Assembly (NCBI GenBank): GCA_947489235.1
Contig: CANLDE010000001.1
Span: 1 to 54,700, forward strand
Direction of reading: 5' to 3'
DNA length: 54,700 nucleotides
Source: Micrococcales bacterium
GTDB taxonomy: Bacteria > Actinomycetota > Actinomycetes > Actinomycetales > Microbacteriaceae
This document shows, piece after piece, positions 39,646 through 49,420 of this stretch (within the stretch, counting starts at the first letter, position 1; every line of letters begins with the position of its first letter). The notes below the pieces were generated by a model that ran no database searches, was not told where the DNA came from, and was given only the letters and a program-made list of their open reading frames with translations. A program made the position numbers and the translations under genes.

Positions 39646-40566
39646 ATGAGAATCCTATTCGCAGGTACACCTGCATCCGCAGCTACAGTACTTGAAGGTC
39701 TATTGACATCAGGTCATGAAGTTGTAGCCGTTCTAACTCGTGAAGATTCACCATCAGGTAGGAAAAAGGTTCTGACACCATCTCCTGTAGCCGAGTTAGC
39801 TTTAGCACGGGGTATCAATCTCATTAAAGCCAACAAAGTGGATCAACGTGTTCTTGACGAAATAGCTTTGAATAAAGTTGATTTGGCGATTGTTGTGGCC
39901 TATGGCGTTATCTTGCGTGAAGATGCTCTGCGCTCTATTCCAGGGGGCTGGTTCAATGTGCACTTCAGCATCTTGCCTAGGTGGCGGGGAGCTGCTCCTG
40001 TCCAACGCGCACTGCAACACGGTGATAAAGAAACAGGTGTAACTCTTTTTAGGATCGACACAGGGCTTGATACTGGTCCAATTGTTTCAAAGGTTCCAAC
40101 GCTCATACAGCCAGATGAGAACGCAGGTGAACTGCTGGCTAGGCTCTCAACACTGGCAATAACCTTGCTCAACGCTGAGCTTGCAAAGATTTATGCAAGC
40201 TCTCACGATTTGACCAACCAATTTGGAGACATCACTCTAGCTCCCAAGACTTCAAGAGAAGAAGCGAAGATTAATTTTTCATCTGAAGCGTTTACGATTT
40301 CTCATCTTGTTAGGGCGATGAATCCTGAACCTATGTCTTGGTGCGTTTTCAACGATGAACCTATGCGAGTCTTGAGGGCTAGGGATCTTGCTGGACACGT
40401 CTCTGTTGGCGAAATAGGTGAGGTATCACTAGTAAGCGATAAGGTCATCGTTGTCTGCGGCAATGGCACCTCGTTGGAACTACTTGAAGTGCAGCCTGCT
40501 TCCCGTAATGCAATGAGCGCTAGAGATTGGCTTAATGGACAAACCGGTGCGGTCACTCTCAAATGA
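39646..40566 (+). CDS. fmt: Methionyl-tRNA formyltransferase
   Basis: MRILFAGTP, VVAYG, NVHFSILPRWRGAAPVQ, TGVT, LDTGP. Confidence 0.97.
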   Translation: MRILFAGTPASAATVLEGLLTSGHEVVAVLTREDSPSGRKKVLTPSPVAELALARGINLIKANKVDQRVLDEIALNKVDLAIVVAYGVILREDALRSIPGGWFNVHFSILPRWRGAAPVQRALQHGDKETGVTLFRIDTGLDTGPIVSKVPTLIQPDENAGELLARLSTLAITLLNAELAKIYASSHDLTNQFGDITLAPKTSREEAKINFSSEAFTISHLVRAMNPEPMSWCVFNDEPMRVLRARDLAGHVSVGEIGEVSLVSDKVIVVCGNGTSLELLEVQPASRNAMSARDWLNGQTGAVTLK

Positions 40567-41924
40567 GGACACCTACATCTGCAAGAAGCGTTGCGCTGGA
40601 ACTTCTAAACAAAGTGACTTTTGAGGACAGCTACGCGAACCTAGTAATGCCAAACCTTCTTGAAGAGGCAAAACTAAACACTAGGGACTCTGCTCTGGCT
40701 CAAGAGCTAGCATTTTCAACAATTAGATGGCAGTTGACTTATGATTTCATACTCAACGAAGTTAGCTCCAGACCAGTTGGAGAGATTGACGCTGTTGTTC
40801 TAAACGCATTGAGAATGGGTAGTCACCAACTTCTCAAGATGAGAATCCCTCCACACGCGGCAATCAACGAGACGATTAACTTGATTCGATCTGTTGTCGG
40901 GGAGAAGGCTGTTGGTTTTGCTAATGGTGTACTTCGCCGAGTGAGCGAAAAAAATTGGGACCAATGGATAGACATCGCAGAACAAAAAGCCACTTCAAAG
41001 ACTGAATTCTTATCAATTCACTACAGCCATCCTCAGTGGATTGTGCGAGCCCTCACACAGGCTCTAACAGCAGATGGACTAGCCGATCAGATAGAAGATC
41101 TACTAGCTACAAACAATCATCCAGCTTTTGTGAACCTTGTTGCTTTGCCAGGTTTGTCGGAAGTTTCTGACTTTGACGTCAGTGGCGCTATGCCTAATCG
41201 ATTTAGTCCGTATGGGTTTTCTATCGAGTCCGGAAACCCAGGGGAGATAACAGAGGTGCGTGTTGGAACAGCAAGAGTTCAGGATGAAGGATCTCAAATT
41301 GCGGCTCTTGCTCTTGTAGGTTTCAAGGCTAAAGAGCAAGGCGAGAAGTGGCTTGACATGTGCGCAGGTCCTGGCGGTAAAGCTGCGCTTCTTGCAGCCC
41401 TTGCGGACAAGTCTGGTGCAACATTGGTTGCTAATGAGGTTCAAGAGCATCGCGCCAAACTTGTTTCTAATGCGCTCAAGCCGTTTCACAATGTTTCAGT
41501 CACTATAGAAGATGGTCGTCAGATTGGAACCGATTCTCCAAACTCATACGACCGAATTATTGTTGATGCGCCTTGTAGTGGGCTTGGAGCTCTTAGAAGA
41601 CGACCAGAAGCCAGGTGGCGTAAATCTTCAGAGGATCTCAAGACTCTAACGCAGCTGCAGTTTGAGTTACTAGAAAGCGCTAGCAATGCTCTAAAACCTG
41701 GTGGATTGCTTTTGTTTGTTACTTGTTCTCCACATCTGTCCGAAACAGTTGCCATTGTAGATAAGGCACAGCGAACGCTTGGTCTCAAAGTGCTAGATCT
41801 GACAGCCAGCCTCAACAAATCTCTGATGGGTGGCACATTGCCTACAAATAGAAAGACAGTCCAGCTTTATACCAATCGAGACAACACGGACTGCATGTTC
41901 ATGGCCATGCTGACTAAGGACTAG
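40563..41924 (+). CDS. rsmB: RsmB/Sun (Fmu) 16S rRNA m5C methyltransferase with NusB-like N-terminal domain
   Basis: GFANGVLR, SHPQW, VQDEGSQ, DMCAGPGGK, DAPCSGLG, TCSPH. Confidence 0.93.
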   Translation: MRTPTSARSVALELLNKVTFEDSYANLVMPNLLEEAKLNTRDSALAQELAFSTIRWQLTYDFILNEVSSRPVGEIDAVVLNALRMGSHQLLKMRIPPHAAINETINLIRSVVGEKAVGFANGVLRRVSEKNWDQWIDIAEQKATSKTEFLSIHYSHPQWIVRALTQALTADGLADQIEDLLATNNHPAFVNLVALPGLSEVSDFDVSGAMPNRFSPYGFSIESGNPGEITEVRVGTARVQDEGSQIAALALVGFKAKEQGEKWLDMCAGPGGKAALLAALADKSGATLVANEVQEHRAKLVSNALKPFHNVSVTIEDGRQIGTDSPNSYDRIIVDAPCSGLGALRRRPEARWRKSSEDLKTLTQLQFELLESASNALKPGGLLLFVTCSPHLSETVAIVDKAQRTLGLKVLDLTASLNKSLMGGTLPTNRKTVQLYTNRDNTDCMFMAMLTKD

Positions 41925-41944
41925 AGCGGTTATAGGGTTTATTT

Positions 41945-42610
41945 ATGAGCATTAGAATCCAGCCGAGCATCCTGAGTGCCGATTTCGTGAATTTTGAAAG
42001 AGATTTCGCAACTATCTCATCGGCAGATGGAATACACGTGGATGTTATGGATGGCCATTTTGTTCCAAACATGACCTTCGGTCCAGGCGTGGTCAAGCGG
42101 ATGCAGGCGATAACTTCGTTACCCCTAGATGTTCATCTAATGATTGAAAATCCTGATCACTGGGCCGTAAAGTATGCAGAACTAGGCGTATTTTCTGTCA
42201 CAGTTCACTATGAAGCCTGCAAAGACGCTGTAGCAATCTCAAAGGCTGTTAGGGCTTCAGGATCCAGGGTTGGCATTTCGATCAAGCCAAACACTCCAGT
42301 AGCTGTCTTAGAAGACCTAGTAACTCATTTCGACCAAGTTTTGATCATGTCCGTTGAACCAGGTTTCGGGGGACAATCATTCATGCAGGGATCAATTGAG
42401 AAGATTTCTGAAACTAGAAGATTGATTAGCGCTCAGGGTCTTGATACATGGTTGCAAGTAGATGGCGGAATTGACTTAGCGACTATTGGTGCAGCCGCTT
42501 CTGCTGGAGCAGACACATTCGTGGCTGGTAATTCCGTGTTCGGCAGTCCCGACAGACAAGAGATGATTACTCAATTGAGGGAAACCGCTCAAGCTGCCTC
42601 GCATAACTAG
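41945..42610 (+). CDS. rpe: Ribulose-phosphate 3-epimerase
   Basis: PSILSADF, HVDVMDGHFVPN, DVHLMI, MSVEPGFGGQ, VDGGI, VAG. Confidence 0.97.
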   Translation: MSIRIQPSILSADFVNFERDFATISSADGIHVDVMDGHFVPNMTFGPGVVKRMQAITSLPLDVHLMIENPDHWAVKYAELGVFSVTVHYEACKDAVAISKAVRASGSRVGISIKPNTPVAVLEDLVTHFDQVLIMSVEPGFGGQSFMQGSIEKISETRRLISAQGLDTWLQVDGGIDLATIGAAASAGADTFVAGNSVFGSPDRQEMITQLRETAQAASHN

Positions 42611-42622
42611 TTATTTCAACTG

Positions 42623-42628
42623 TAAAAT
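42623..42628 (+). promoter_or_regulatory. Putative -10 element (TAAAAT), leaderless hisE promoter
   Basis: TANNNT 6 nt upstream of the ATG at 42635, with no SD. Confidence 0.55.
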
Positions 42629-42634
42629 AACTTA

Positions 42635-42898
42635 ATGAAGACCTTCGAATCTCTTTTCAATGAACTACAGCTCAAAGCACAGTCGCAAGACCTAGCATCA
42701 AACACTAAGGACTTGTTAGACCAAGGCGTACATGCCATCGGAAAGAAGATTGTTGAAGAAGCCGCCGAAGTTTGGATGGCCGCAGAGCATGAAACCAAAG
42801 ACGACCTTGCTCTAGAAATAAGTCAACTGATTTATCACCTACAAGTCTTGATGGTGGCAAAGGGTTTGACTATTCAAGATCTTGAGGAGCGTTACTAA
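42635..42898 (+). CDS. hisE: Phosphoribosyl-ATP diphosphatase
   Basis: [42 protein letters not shown]. Confidence 0.96.
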   Translation: MKTFESLFNELQLKAQSQDLASNTKDLLDQGVHAIGKKIVEEAAEVWMAAEHETKDDLALEISQLIYHLQVLMVAKGLTIQDLEERY

Positions 42899-43743
42899 TG
42901 AACATGCTTAGAGTTGCTGTGCCTAATAAGGGCATTCTTGCTGACTTTGCTACGGCGATGTTGGCTGAAGCGGGCTATGCCGTTCGCAAGGACACCAAAA
43001 CACTACGCGTAGTAGATACTCGAAACAACATCGAATTCTTCTACCTAAGACCAAGAGACATAGCCACTTATGTTGGTACAGGTGCTCTAGACATTGGAAT
43101 CACCGGTTTGGACCTGCTTATGGATAGTAGATCTAAGGCAGTTCGAGTAGCTGACTTGAACTTTGGTCAATCTACTTTCACTTTTGCTGGTGTTATCGGA
43201 GAGTTTCAATCAATTGAGCAAATCAATGGGAAGAGAGTCGCGACTGCATACAAGAACATTGTCGAGGACTACTTAACTCAAAAAGGAATCAAAGCTGAGG
43301 TGATCGCACTTAATGGTGCAGTTGAAACGGCAGTCAGTTTAGGGGTAGCAGATCTGATTGCGGATGTTGTTTCAACCGGCAACACCCTTAGACAAGCAGG
43401 CTTGGAACCATTTGGTGAAGTGATTCTGGAATCTTCTGCTTATCTGATTGCCAATTCTTCTAGTTTAGATAAGCATGCAGCACTACTTCGCAGACTTAAC
43501 GGTGTGATTGTTGCTCGCGAATACGTGATCTTCGACTACGACTGCCCAACATCTCTGGTAGAGAAAGCATCAGCAATTACTCCTGGAATTGAGTCACCAA
43601 CCATTTCTCCTACTAAAGATCCAAACTGGGTTGCTGTCAGAGCGCTTGTGCTCAGCAGTGAAACTAACCTGAAGATGGATGAGCTTTACGAACTTGGGGC
43701 AAGAGCAATTCTTGTTAGTGCCATCCACGCTGCACGAATCTAA
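42898..43743 (+). CDS. hisG: ATP phosphoribosyltransferase (long form)
   Basis: VAVPNKG, LRPRDIATYV, GITGLD, VATAY, GAVE, DVVSTGNTL, C-terminal PGIESPTISP regulatory domain. Confidence 0.96.
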   Translation: MNMLRVAVPNKGILADFATAMLAEAGYAVRKDTKTLRVVDTRNNIEFFYLRPRDIATYVGTGALDIGITGLDLLMDSRSKAVRVADLNFGQSTFTFAGVIGEFQSIEQINGKRVATAYKNIVEDYLTQKGIKAEVIALNGAVETAVSLGVADLIADVVSTGNTLRQAGLEPFGEVILESSAYLIANSSSLDKHAALLRRLNGVIVAREYVIFDYDCPTSLVEKASAITPGIESPTISPTKDPNWVAVRALVLSSETNLKMDELYELGARAILVSAIHAARI

Positions 43744-43744
43744 G

Positions 43745-44509
43745 ATGACACTTTCTATCCGCATCATTCCCTGTCTCGACGTTAAGGATGGGAGAGTCGT
43801 AAAGGGTGTTCAGTTCAAGGGCCTTGCGGACATAGGAGATCCAGTTGAACTAGCAACCAGTTATTACGAAGCAGGCGCGGATGAAATTACTTTCTTAGAT
43901 GTCTCTGCAAGTCTTGAAGGTCGTCAAGCAATGCTTGATGTGATCAAGAGAACAGCTGCAAGTATTTTTATTCCACTGACGGTAGGTGGCGGTATTTACA
44001 AGCTCGAAGATGTTGCCAGCTACTTAGATGCTGGAGCTGACAAAGTAAGCATCGGGTCTGCTGCAGTTTCCAACCCTGGTCTAATCGATGAGATTTCTGG
44101 AAAGTATGGCGATCAAATAGTCGTCATATCCCTAGACATTATTGAGAGTCAAAGCAGTCCCTCGGGTTATCTGCTAACAACTCACGGTGGCACTAGACAA
44201 ACAGATACAGATGCCATCGCCTGGGTTAGAGCAAATCAACAGCGCGGAATTGGCGAGTTGCTCATCAATAGCGTGGATGCCGATGGAACCAAGGCTGGTT
44301 TCAATACCAAACTGATTGCGGCTGTGCGGGCAGCCAGCACATTGCCACTTATAGCAAGTGGCGGAGCTGGCACAGCTCAGGACTTCTTACCTGCTGTCGA
44401 AGCAGGAGCTAACGCAGTTCTAGCAGCCTCAGTGTTTCACTCTGGAGTCCTTACTATCTCTGAGGTTAAGGCAGCCCTGCATAACCAGGGTGTAAAAGTT
44501 AGACTGTAG
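43745..44509 (+). CDS. hisF: Imidazole glycerol phosphate synthase cyclase subunit
   Basis: RIIPCLDVKDGRVVKG, GADEITFLD, PLTVGGGI, GADKVS, DADGTKAG, IASGGAG, LAASVFH. Start moved to the ATG at 43745, just after the hisG stop. Confidence 0.96.
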   Translation: MTLSIRIIPCLDVKDGRVVKGVQFKGLADIGDPVELATSYYEAGADEITFLDVSASLEGRQAMLDVIKRTAASIFIPLTVGGGIYKLEDVASYLDAGADKVSIGSAAVSNPGLIDEISGKYGDQIVVISLDIIESQSSPSGYLLTTHGGTRQTDTDAIAWVRANQQRGIGELLINSVDADGTKAGFNTKLIAAVRAASTLPLIASGGAGTAQDFLPAVEAGANAVLAASVFHSGVLTISEVKAALHNQGVKVRL

Positions 44510-44512
44510 ACA

Positions 44513-44851
44513 ATGTTTAAACCTGATTTTGATAAGCACGAGATGATTCCAGCGATTGTCCAGAACATCGACACTGGACGAGTTCTTATGCTCGCATACA
44601 TGAACCGTGAGGCTTTTGATAAAACTGTAGAGACGGGTTTCTGCCACTTCTGGTCAAGATCACGTAATGAGCTTTGGAAGAAAGGTGCAACATCAGGCAA
44701 TGTTCTAAACGTTGTTTCACTGGAACTAGATTGCGATTCGGATTCAATATTGGTTTTGGCTAAGCCTGAAGGTCCGAGTTGTCACACTGGCTCAGAATCA
44801 TGCTTTGATTCACATCATGTTGAAGTCGGGGTAAGTGTTTCACATGACTAA
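44513..44851 (+). CDS. hisI: Phosphoribosyl-AMP cyclohydrolase
   Basis: [44 protein letters not shown]. Confidence 0.96.
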   Translation: MFKPDFDKHEMIPAIVQNIDTGRVLMLAYMNREAFDKTVETGFCHFWSRSRNELWKKGATSGNVLNVVSLELDCDSDSILVLAKPEGPSCHTGSESCFDSHHVEVGVSVSHD

Positions 44852-46358
44852 CAAATACAACATTTCCAAGGACGAATTCCTGAGCAAAGCAAAGCTTGGT
44901 GATGTCGTTCCAGTATTTAGCACACTGTTCGGCGGTAACGATACTCCGGTTGGAATGTTTGAAAAGCTTTCAGCCGGTCGCTCAGGAACTTTTCTTCTTG
45001 AATCTGCTGAGCAGGGTGTTTGGTCAAGATATAGCTTCATAGGAGTTGCGAGTAGAACCAGTTTCATTGAAACGGATAGTGATTTTTTGGTAACCAATCT
45101 AAAACTTGCCTTACCTAGTTCAGATGAGCTACCTAGCAAGCCACTGGAGGCTATACGCCTGGTTCAAGCATCATGGAACACACTTGCGATGCCCGACCTT
45201 CCACCACTTACCTCTGGTTTGGTTGGATTATTCTCATGGGATGTTATCCGTGACATTGAGAACCTACCTGAGGCTCCTGCACAAGATTACGCCAGGCCTA
45301 AGATTCATCTAGAGATGGTTCAAGATGTCATCGTACTGGATCACAAAACCAGCAGTGTTCTGGTTGTGTCGAACATTTACTGTGACAGCAGCACCGATTA
45401 CGTACATGCGTATGAAGATGCAATTAGCCGTATACAAGCACTCGAATCCAAATTAGCCGAACCAACTGCGCAAGCTCTTTCTTCAGCAACTGAGGGAACA
45501 CACTTACAGAGAACTCCTAGAACCTCTCATGAAGATTTCATCAATGCTGTTGAAAAAGGCAAGTTCCATGTGGTTGCCGGTGATGTCTTCCAAGTGGTTT
45601 TATCTCAGCGCATCGATATGGAAGTCACGGCAAGACCAATTGATGTCTATCGAGTATTGCGTGCTCTCAATCCGTCTCCGTACATGTATCTCCTCAACTA
45701 TTCAGACGCTAATGGTGAGTACGCCGTTGTTGGCTCTTCTCCAGAAGCACTTGTTAAAGTTTCTGGTAACAAAGTGGTCATGCATCCGATTGCAGGTTCT
45801 AGACCACGTGGTAAGGATCAAGGTCAAGATGAAGAGTTCGCTGACTCACTGATTGCTGACCAAAAAGAACGAGCAGAGCACCTCATGCTTGTTGACCTCG
45901 CTAGAAACGATTTGCTCAAGGTTTGTGACCCAGCGTCCGTAACTGTAACCCAGTTCATGAAGATTGAACGCTTTAGTCACATCATGCACCTAGTTTCTAC
46001 AGTTGAAGGAGACTTAGGAGCAGGTAAGACTCCAGTAGATGTGTTCAAAGCAACGTTCCCTGCTGGCACACTTTCAGGCGCTCCTAAGCCACGAGCGCTG
46101 GAAATCATTAACGATCTTGAATCTGCAAATCGTGGCATTTTTGGTGGGGTAGTTGGCTATCTCGATTTCGAAGGCAATGCCGACTTGGCGATTGCTATTA
46201 GAACAGCGTTTATCCGGGACGGAGTTGCCAGAGTGCAAGCTGGTGCAGGAATTGTTCTAGATTCAATGCCTGAGTCTGAATACCAAGAGACACTGGCCAA
46301 GATGTCAGCTGTATTGACCTCGATTGATCAGGCCAACGCACTTTTTGGAAGCAAATAA
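44844..46358 (+). CDS. trpE: Anthranilate synthase component I
   Basis: [83 protein letters not shown] at 44844 overlaps the hisI end (alternative GTG at 44835). Confidence 0.96.
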   Translation: MTNKYNISKDEFLSKAKLGDVVPVFSTLFGGNDTPVGMFEKLSAGRSGTFLLESAEQGVWSRYSFIGVASRTSFIETDSDFLVTNLKLALPSSDELPSKPLEAIRLVQASWNTLAMPDLPPLTSGLVGLFSWDVIRDIENLPEAPAQDYARPKIHLEMVQDVIVLDHKTSSVLVVSNIYCDSSTDYVHAYEDAISRIQALESKLAEPTAQALSSATEGTHLQRTPRTSHEDFINAVEKGKFHVVAGDVFQVVLSQRIDMEVTARPIDVYRVLRALNPSPYMYLLNYSDANGEYAVVGSSPEALVKVSGNKVVMHPIAGSRPRGKDQGQDEEFADSLIADQKERAEHLMLVDLARNDLLKVCDPASVTVTQFMKIERFSHIMHLVSTVEGDLGAGKTPVDVFKATFPAGTLSGAPKPRALEIINDLESANRGIFGGVVGYLDFEGNADLAIAIRTAFIRDGVARVQAGAGIVLDSMPESEYQETLAKMSAVLTSIDQANALFGSK

Positions 46359-46387
46359 GGTTTTTAGAGCACCAAAGTAACAAGACT

Positions 46388-46396
46388 TGTTAAGAT
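46388..46396 (+). promoter_or_regulatory. Putative extended -10 (TGtTAAGAT) upstream of the HGxxPAAW-type gene/trpCBA
   Basis: TGn plus TANNNT, followed by SD AAGGAG and the ATG at 46417. Confidence 0.45.
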
Positions 46397-46416
46397 TGAG
46401 CAAGGAGAGGTAACAA

Positions 46417-46641
46417 ATGAGCAATCACGATAACGAACCAGGCCACGGTCACTCAATTGCAGCTTGGGCTGCAGTCACCACAGCAATTGTCGGGGTAACA
46501 ATTGGCACGCTCGGTGTTGTTATTGAGGATGCATCCCTAGTAATTATTGGCTCAGTAATCACCGTAGTCTCCATTCCATTAGGTCCAGTCTTAGCCAAAC
46601 TTGGCTTTGGCGTTGACCGAGTAACTTCCTCTAAGAAGTAA
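46417..46641 (+). CDS. HGxxPAAW-family (DUF6704-like) small two-TM membrane protein
   Basis: [13 protein letters not shown] motif variant, two hydrophobic helices, LAKLGFGV end. Conserved position before trpC in Actinobacteria. Confidence 0.82.
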   Translation: MSNHDNEPGHGHSIAAWAAVTTAIVGVTIGTLGVVIEDASLVIIGSVITVVSIPLGPVLAKLGFGVDRVTSSKK

Positions 46642-47426
46642 TGCTGCAAGATCTCTACGCCGGTGCGCTATCCGATGCTCAGGCACGGCTAGAACATAGC
46701 TCGATAGCCGATTTAGACAAACTCATTGCGGTAGCCAAGCCTGCGATAAGTGCACTGTCCCACTTTGGCTCAGGTAGCAACATTGAGGTAATCGCTGAGA
46801 TCAAAAGAGCTAGTCCCTCCAAAGGTGATCTAGCCAACATTCCGGACGCTGCTGCTTTAGCTAAAATCTATGAAACCAGTGGCGCTTCAGCAATCAGTGT
46901 GCTCACCGAAGAGCGCAAGTTCAAAGGCTCTCTTGCAGATCTTGCAGCAGTTAGACAAGCAGTATCAATCCCAATCCTTCGCAAGGACTTTGTTTCTCTA
47001 GAACAGCAAGTTTTAGAGGCTAGAGCATACGGAGCAGACTTGGTTTTGCTTATCGTTGCAGGTTTAGAACAGAGTGTTTTAGAGCAGCTGGCAAGGTTTG
47101 TTGAAAGCTTCGGAATGACGCCTTTTGTAGAAACTCACAACAGCGAAGAGGTTACTCGGGCCATTGATCTAGGAGCGAAGCTGATTGGGATAAACGCTCG
47201 TGATCTATCTACCTTCGAGACTGATAGGGAACTGTTTGCTACCCTTGCTGACCTATTGCCTGCCGATTGCATTGCTGTTGCCGAGTCAGCTGTGCGCAAC
47301 CAGACAGATGTGCTTGCCTACGCTAATGCAGGTGCCGACATGGTGCTTGTGGGTGAGGCACTAGTCACGGGAGATACTGAAGCTCTGCTAAAGCAATTCA
47401 CCTCTGTTCCTAAGATTAGACTTTAG
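46641..47426 (+). CDS. trpC: Indole-3-glycerol phosphate synthase
   Basis: [51 protein letters not shown]. Confidence 0.97.
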   Translation: MLQDLYAGALSDAQARLEHSSIADLDKLIAVAKPAISALSHFGSGSNIEVIAEIKRASPSKGDLANIPDAAALAKIYETSGASAISVLTEERKFKGSLADLAAVRQAVSIPILRKDFVSLEQQVLEARAYGADLVLLIVAGLEQSVLEQLARFVESFGMTPFVETHNSEEVTRAIDLGAKLIGINARDLSTFETDRELFATLADLLPADCIAVAESAVRNQTDVLAYANAGADMVLVGEALVTGDTEALLKQFTSVPKIRL

Positions 47427-47429
47427 AAG

Positions 47430-48635
47430 ATGACTGAGAATACTTCGCTAAGAGACCAGGACGGACCGTACTTTGGTGAGTACGGTGGCCGTTTCGTACC
47501 TGAATCGCTCATCGCTGCCCTTGACCAACTTGAGGAAACTTACGCGCAGGCGAAAGCCGACCCAACATTCGCCCTTGAGCTCGATGAACTGAACAAGAGC
47601 TATGTTGGAAGACCTTCGATCATCACAGAGGTACCTAAGTTTGCAGCTCTAGCAGGCGATGTCAGGGTATTTCTAAAGCGCGAAGATCTGAATCACACTG
47701 GGTCGCACAAAATCAATAACGTTATTGGTCAGGCTCTTCTTGCCAAGCGTATGGGTAAGAAAAGAATTATTGCTGAGACAGGTGCAGGTCAACACGGTGT
47801 TGCCAGTGCAACCGCTGCTGCATTATTCGGTCTCGAGTGTGTTGTTTACATGGGAGAAGTTGACACTGTGCGACAAGCACTGAATGTTGCTCGTATGAAG
47901 CTTCTAGGTGCTGAAGTTGTAGCTGTAACAACGGGTTCAAGAACACTTAAAGATGCCATCAATGAAGCGCTTCGCGACTGGGTGGCAAATGTTGATGACA
48001 CTCACTACCTGCTTGGTACAGTTGCGGGCCCACACCCGTTTCCAACCATCGTTAGAGATTTCCACTCTGTAATCGGTAAAGAAGCTCGCCAGCAAATGCT
48101 TGATGACTATGGTTTCCTACCTGATGTTGTAACGGCATGTGTTGGTGGCGGTTCGAACGCTATCGGATTGTTCCACGCGTTCCTAGATGATCAAGAGGTT
48201 GCGCTTTGGGGATTTGAAGCAGCAGGCGATGGTATGGAGACCATGAGACATGCGGCTACTTTGAGTAAGGGCCGCGTTGGTGTGTTGCACGGAGCTAAGA
48301 GCTACATGCTTCAGGACGAAGACGGACAGACTATTGAAAGCCACTCGATCTCTGCTGGTTTAGATTATCCAGGCGTTGGTCCAGAGCATTCTTGGTTGAA
48401 GGATTTAAACCGTGCTCAATATTTCGGTATTAGTGACGGCGAGGCAATGCAAGCCCTTAAAGCTCTATCTCAAACTGAAGGCATCATTCCTGCAATTGAA
48501 ACTGCGCACGCTCTTGCCGGTGTCATCAAGTATGGAAACACTTTGCCTGCTGGTTCATCAATCCTGCTGAACCTAAGTGGCCGTGGCGATAAAGACATGG
48601 AAACTGTTGGTAAGTACTTTGGATTCTTGGCCTAA
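47430..48635 (+). CDS. trpB: Tryptophan synthase beta chain
   Basis: [57 protein letters not shown]. Confidence 0.99.
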   Translation: MTENTSLRDQDGPYFGEYGGRFVPESLIAALDQLEETYAQAKADPTFALELDELNKSYVGRPSIITEVPKFAALAGDVRVFLKREDLNHTGSHKINNVIGQALLAKRMGKKRIIAETGAGQHGVASATAAALFGLECVVYMGEVDTVRQALNVARMKLLGAEVVAVTTGSRTLKDAINEALRDWVANVDDTHYLLGTVAGPHPFPTIVRDFHSVIGKEARQQMLDDYGFLPDVVTACVGGGSNAIGLFHAFLDDQEVALWGFEAAGDGMETMRHAATLSKGRVGVLHGAKSYMLQDEDGQTIESHSISAGLDYPGVGPEHSWLKDLNRAQYFGISDGEAMQALKALSQTEGIIPAIETAHALAGVIKYGNTLPAGSSILLNLSGRGDKDMETVGKYFGFLA

Positions 48636-48638
48636 CCG

Positions 48639-49418
48639 ATGAGCACGACAGAAACTTTACTTCACGGCCTTTCCGATAAGGGTCAGCCTGCCCTGATTGG
48701 ATATTTTCCTGCTGGCTATCCTACGGTTCAAGAATCAGTCGAAGCTTGTGTTGCCATGTGCGAATCCGGCATCGACATTCTTGAACTTGGCGTTCCTTAC
48801 AGCGATCCGGTTATGGATGGATTAGTTATCCAAGTAGCAACCGAGAAGGCTCTAGCCAACGGATTCAAGCTCAGTATGTTTTTCGACTTGGTAAAACAAA
48901 TCACTTCTAGAGTTTCAACTCCGGTATTAGTGATGAGTTACTGGAACCCAATCTTGCAGTATGGCGTTGAACGATTCGCTCGCGATCTAAAGGCTGCTGG
49001 TGGAGCAGGTTTGATCACACCAGATCTGATTCCTGATGAAGCAGCCGACTGGCTAGCGTACTCAGATGAATTAGGCCTTGACCGCGTATTTATGGCAACA
49101 CCTTCTTCGTCCCAGAAGCGACTAGATGAAGTTGCAAGATTGAGCAGGGGATTTATCTACGCAGTTTCCACCATGGGTATTACTGGCGCTAGGGAAGACC
49201 TAGATGCCAAAGCTCGAGGAGTTGTATCAGGTGTACGTAACACAAAAACTGAAGTTCCTGTTTGTGTTGGTATAGGTATCTCAACAGCTGATCAGGTCTC
49301 TGAAGTTAATTCCTACGCCGATGGTGCAATTGTTGGAAGTGTTTTTATTAAGGCTTACCGCGATGGCGGAATCGAAGAGCTACGCAAAACCGTGAAACAA
49401 CTAAAAGGTGGTATCTAA
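48639..49418 (+). CDS. trpA: Tryptophan synthase alpha chain
   Basis: LELGVPYSDPVMDG, MSYWNP, PDL, GFIYAVSTMGITG, VGIGIS, DGAIVGS. Confidence 0.97.
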   Translation: MSTTETLLHGLSDKGQPALIGYFPAGYPTVQESVEACVAMCESGIDILELGVPYSDPVMDGLVIQVATEKALANGFKLSMFFDLVKQITSRVSTPVLVMSYWNPILQYGVERFARDLKAAGGAGLITPDLIPDEAADWLAYSDELGLDRVFMATPSSSQKRLDEVARLSRGFIYAVSTMGITGAREDLDAKARGVVSGVRNTKTEVPVCVGIGISTADQVSEVNSYADGAIVGSVFIKAYRDGGIEELRKTVKQLKGGI

Positions 49419-49420
49419 CA

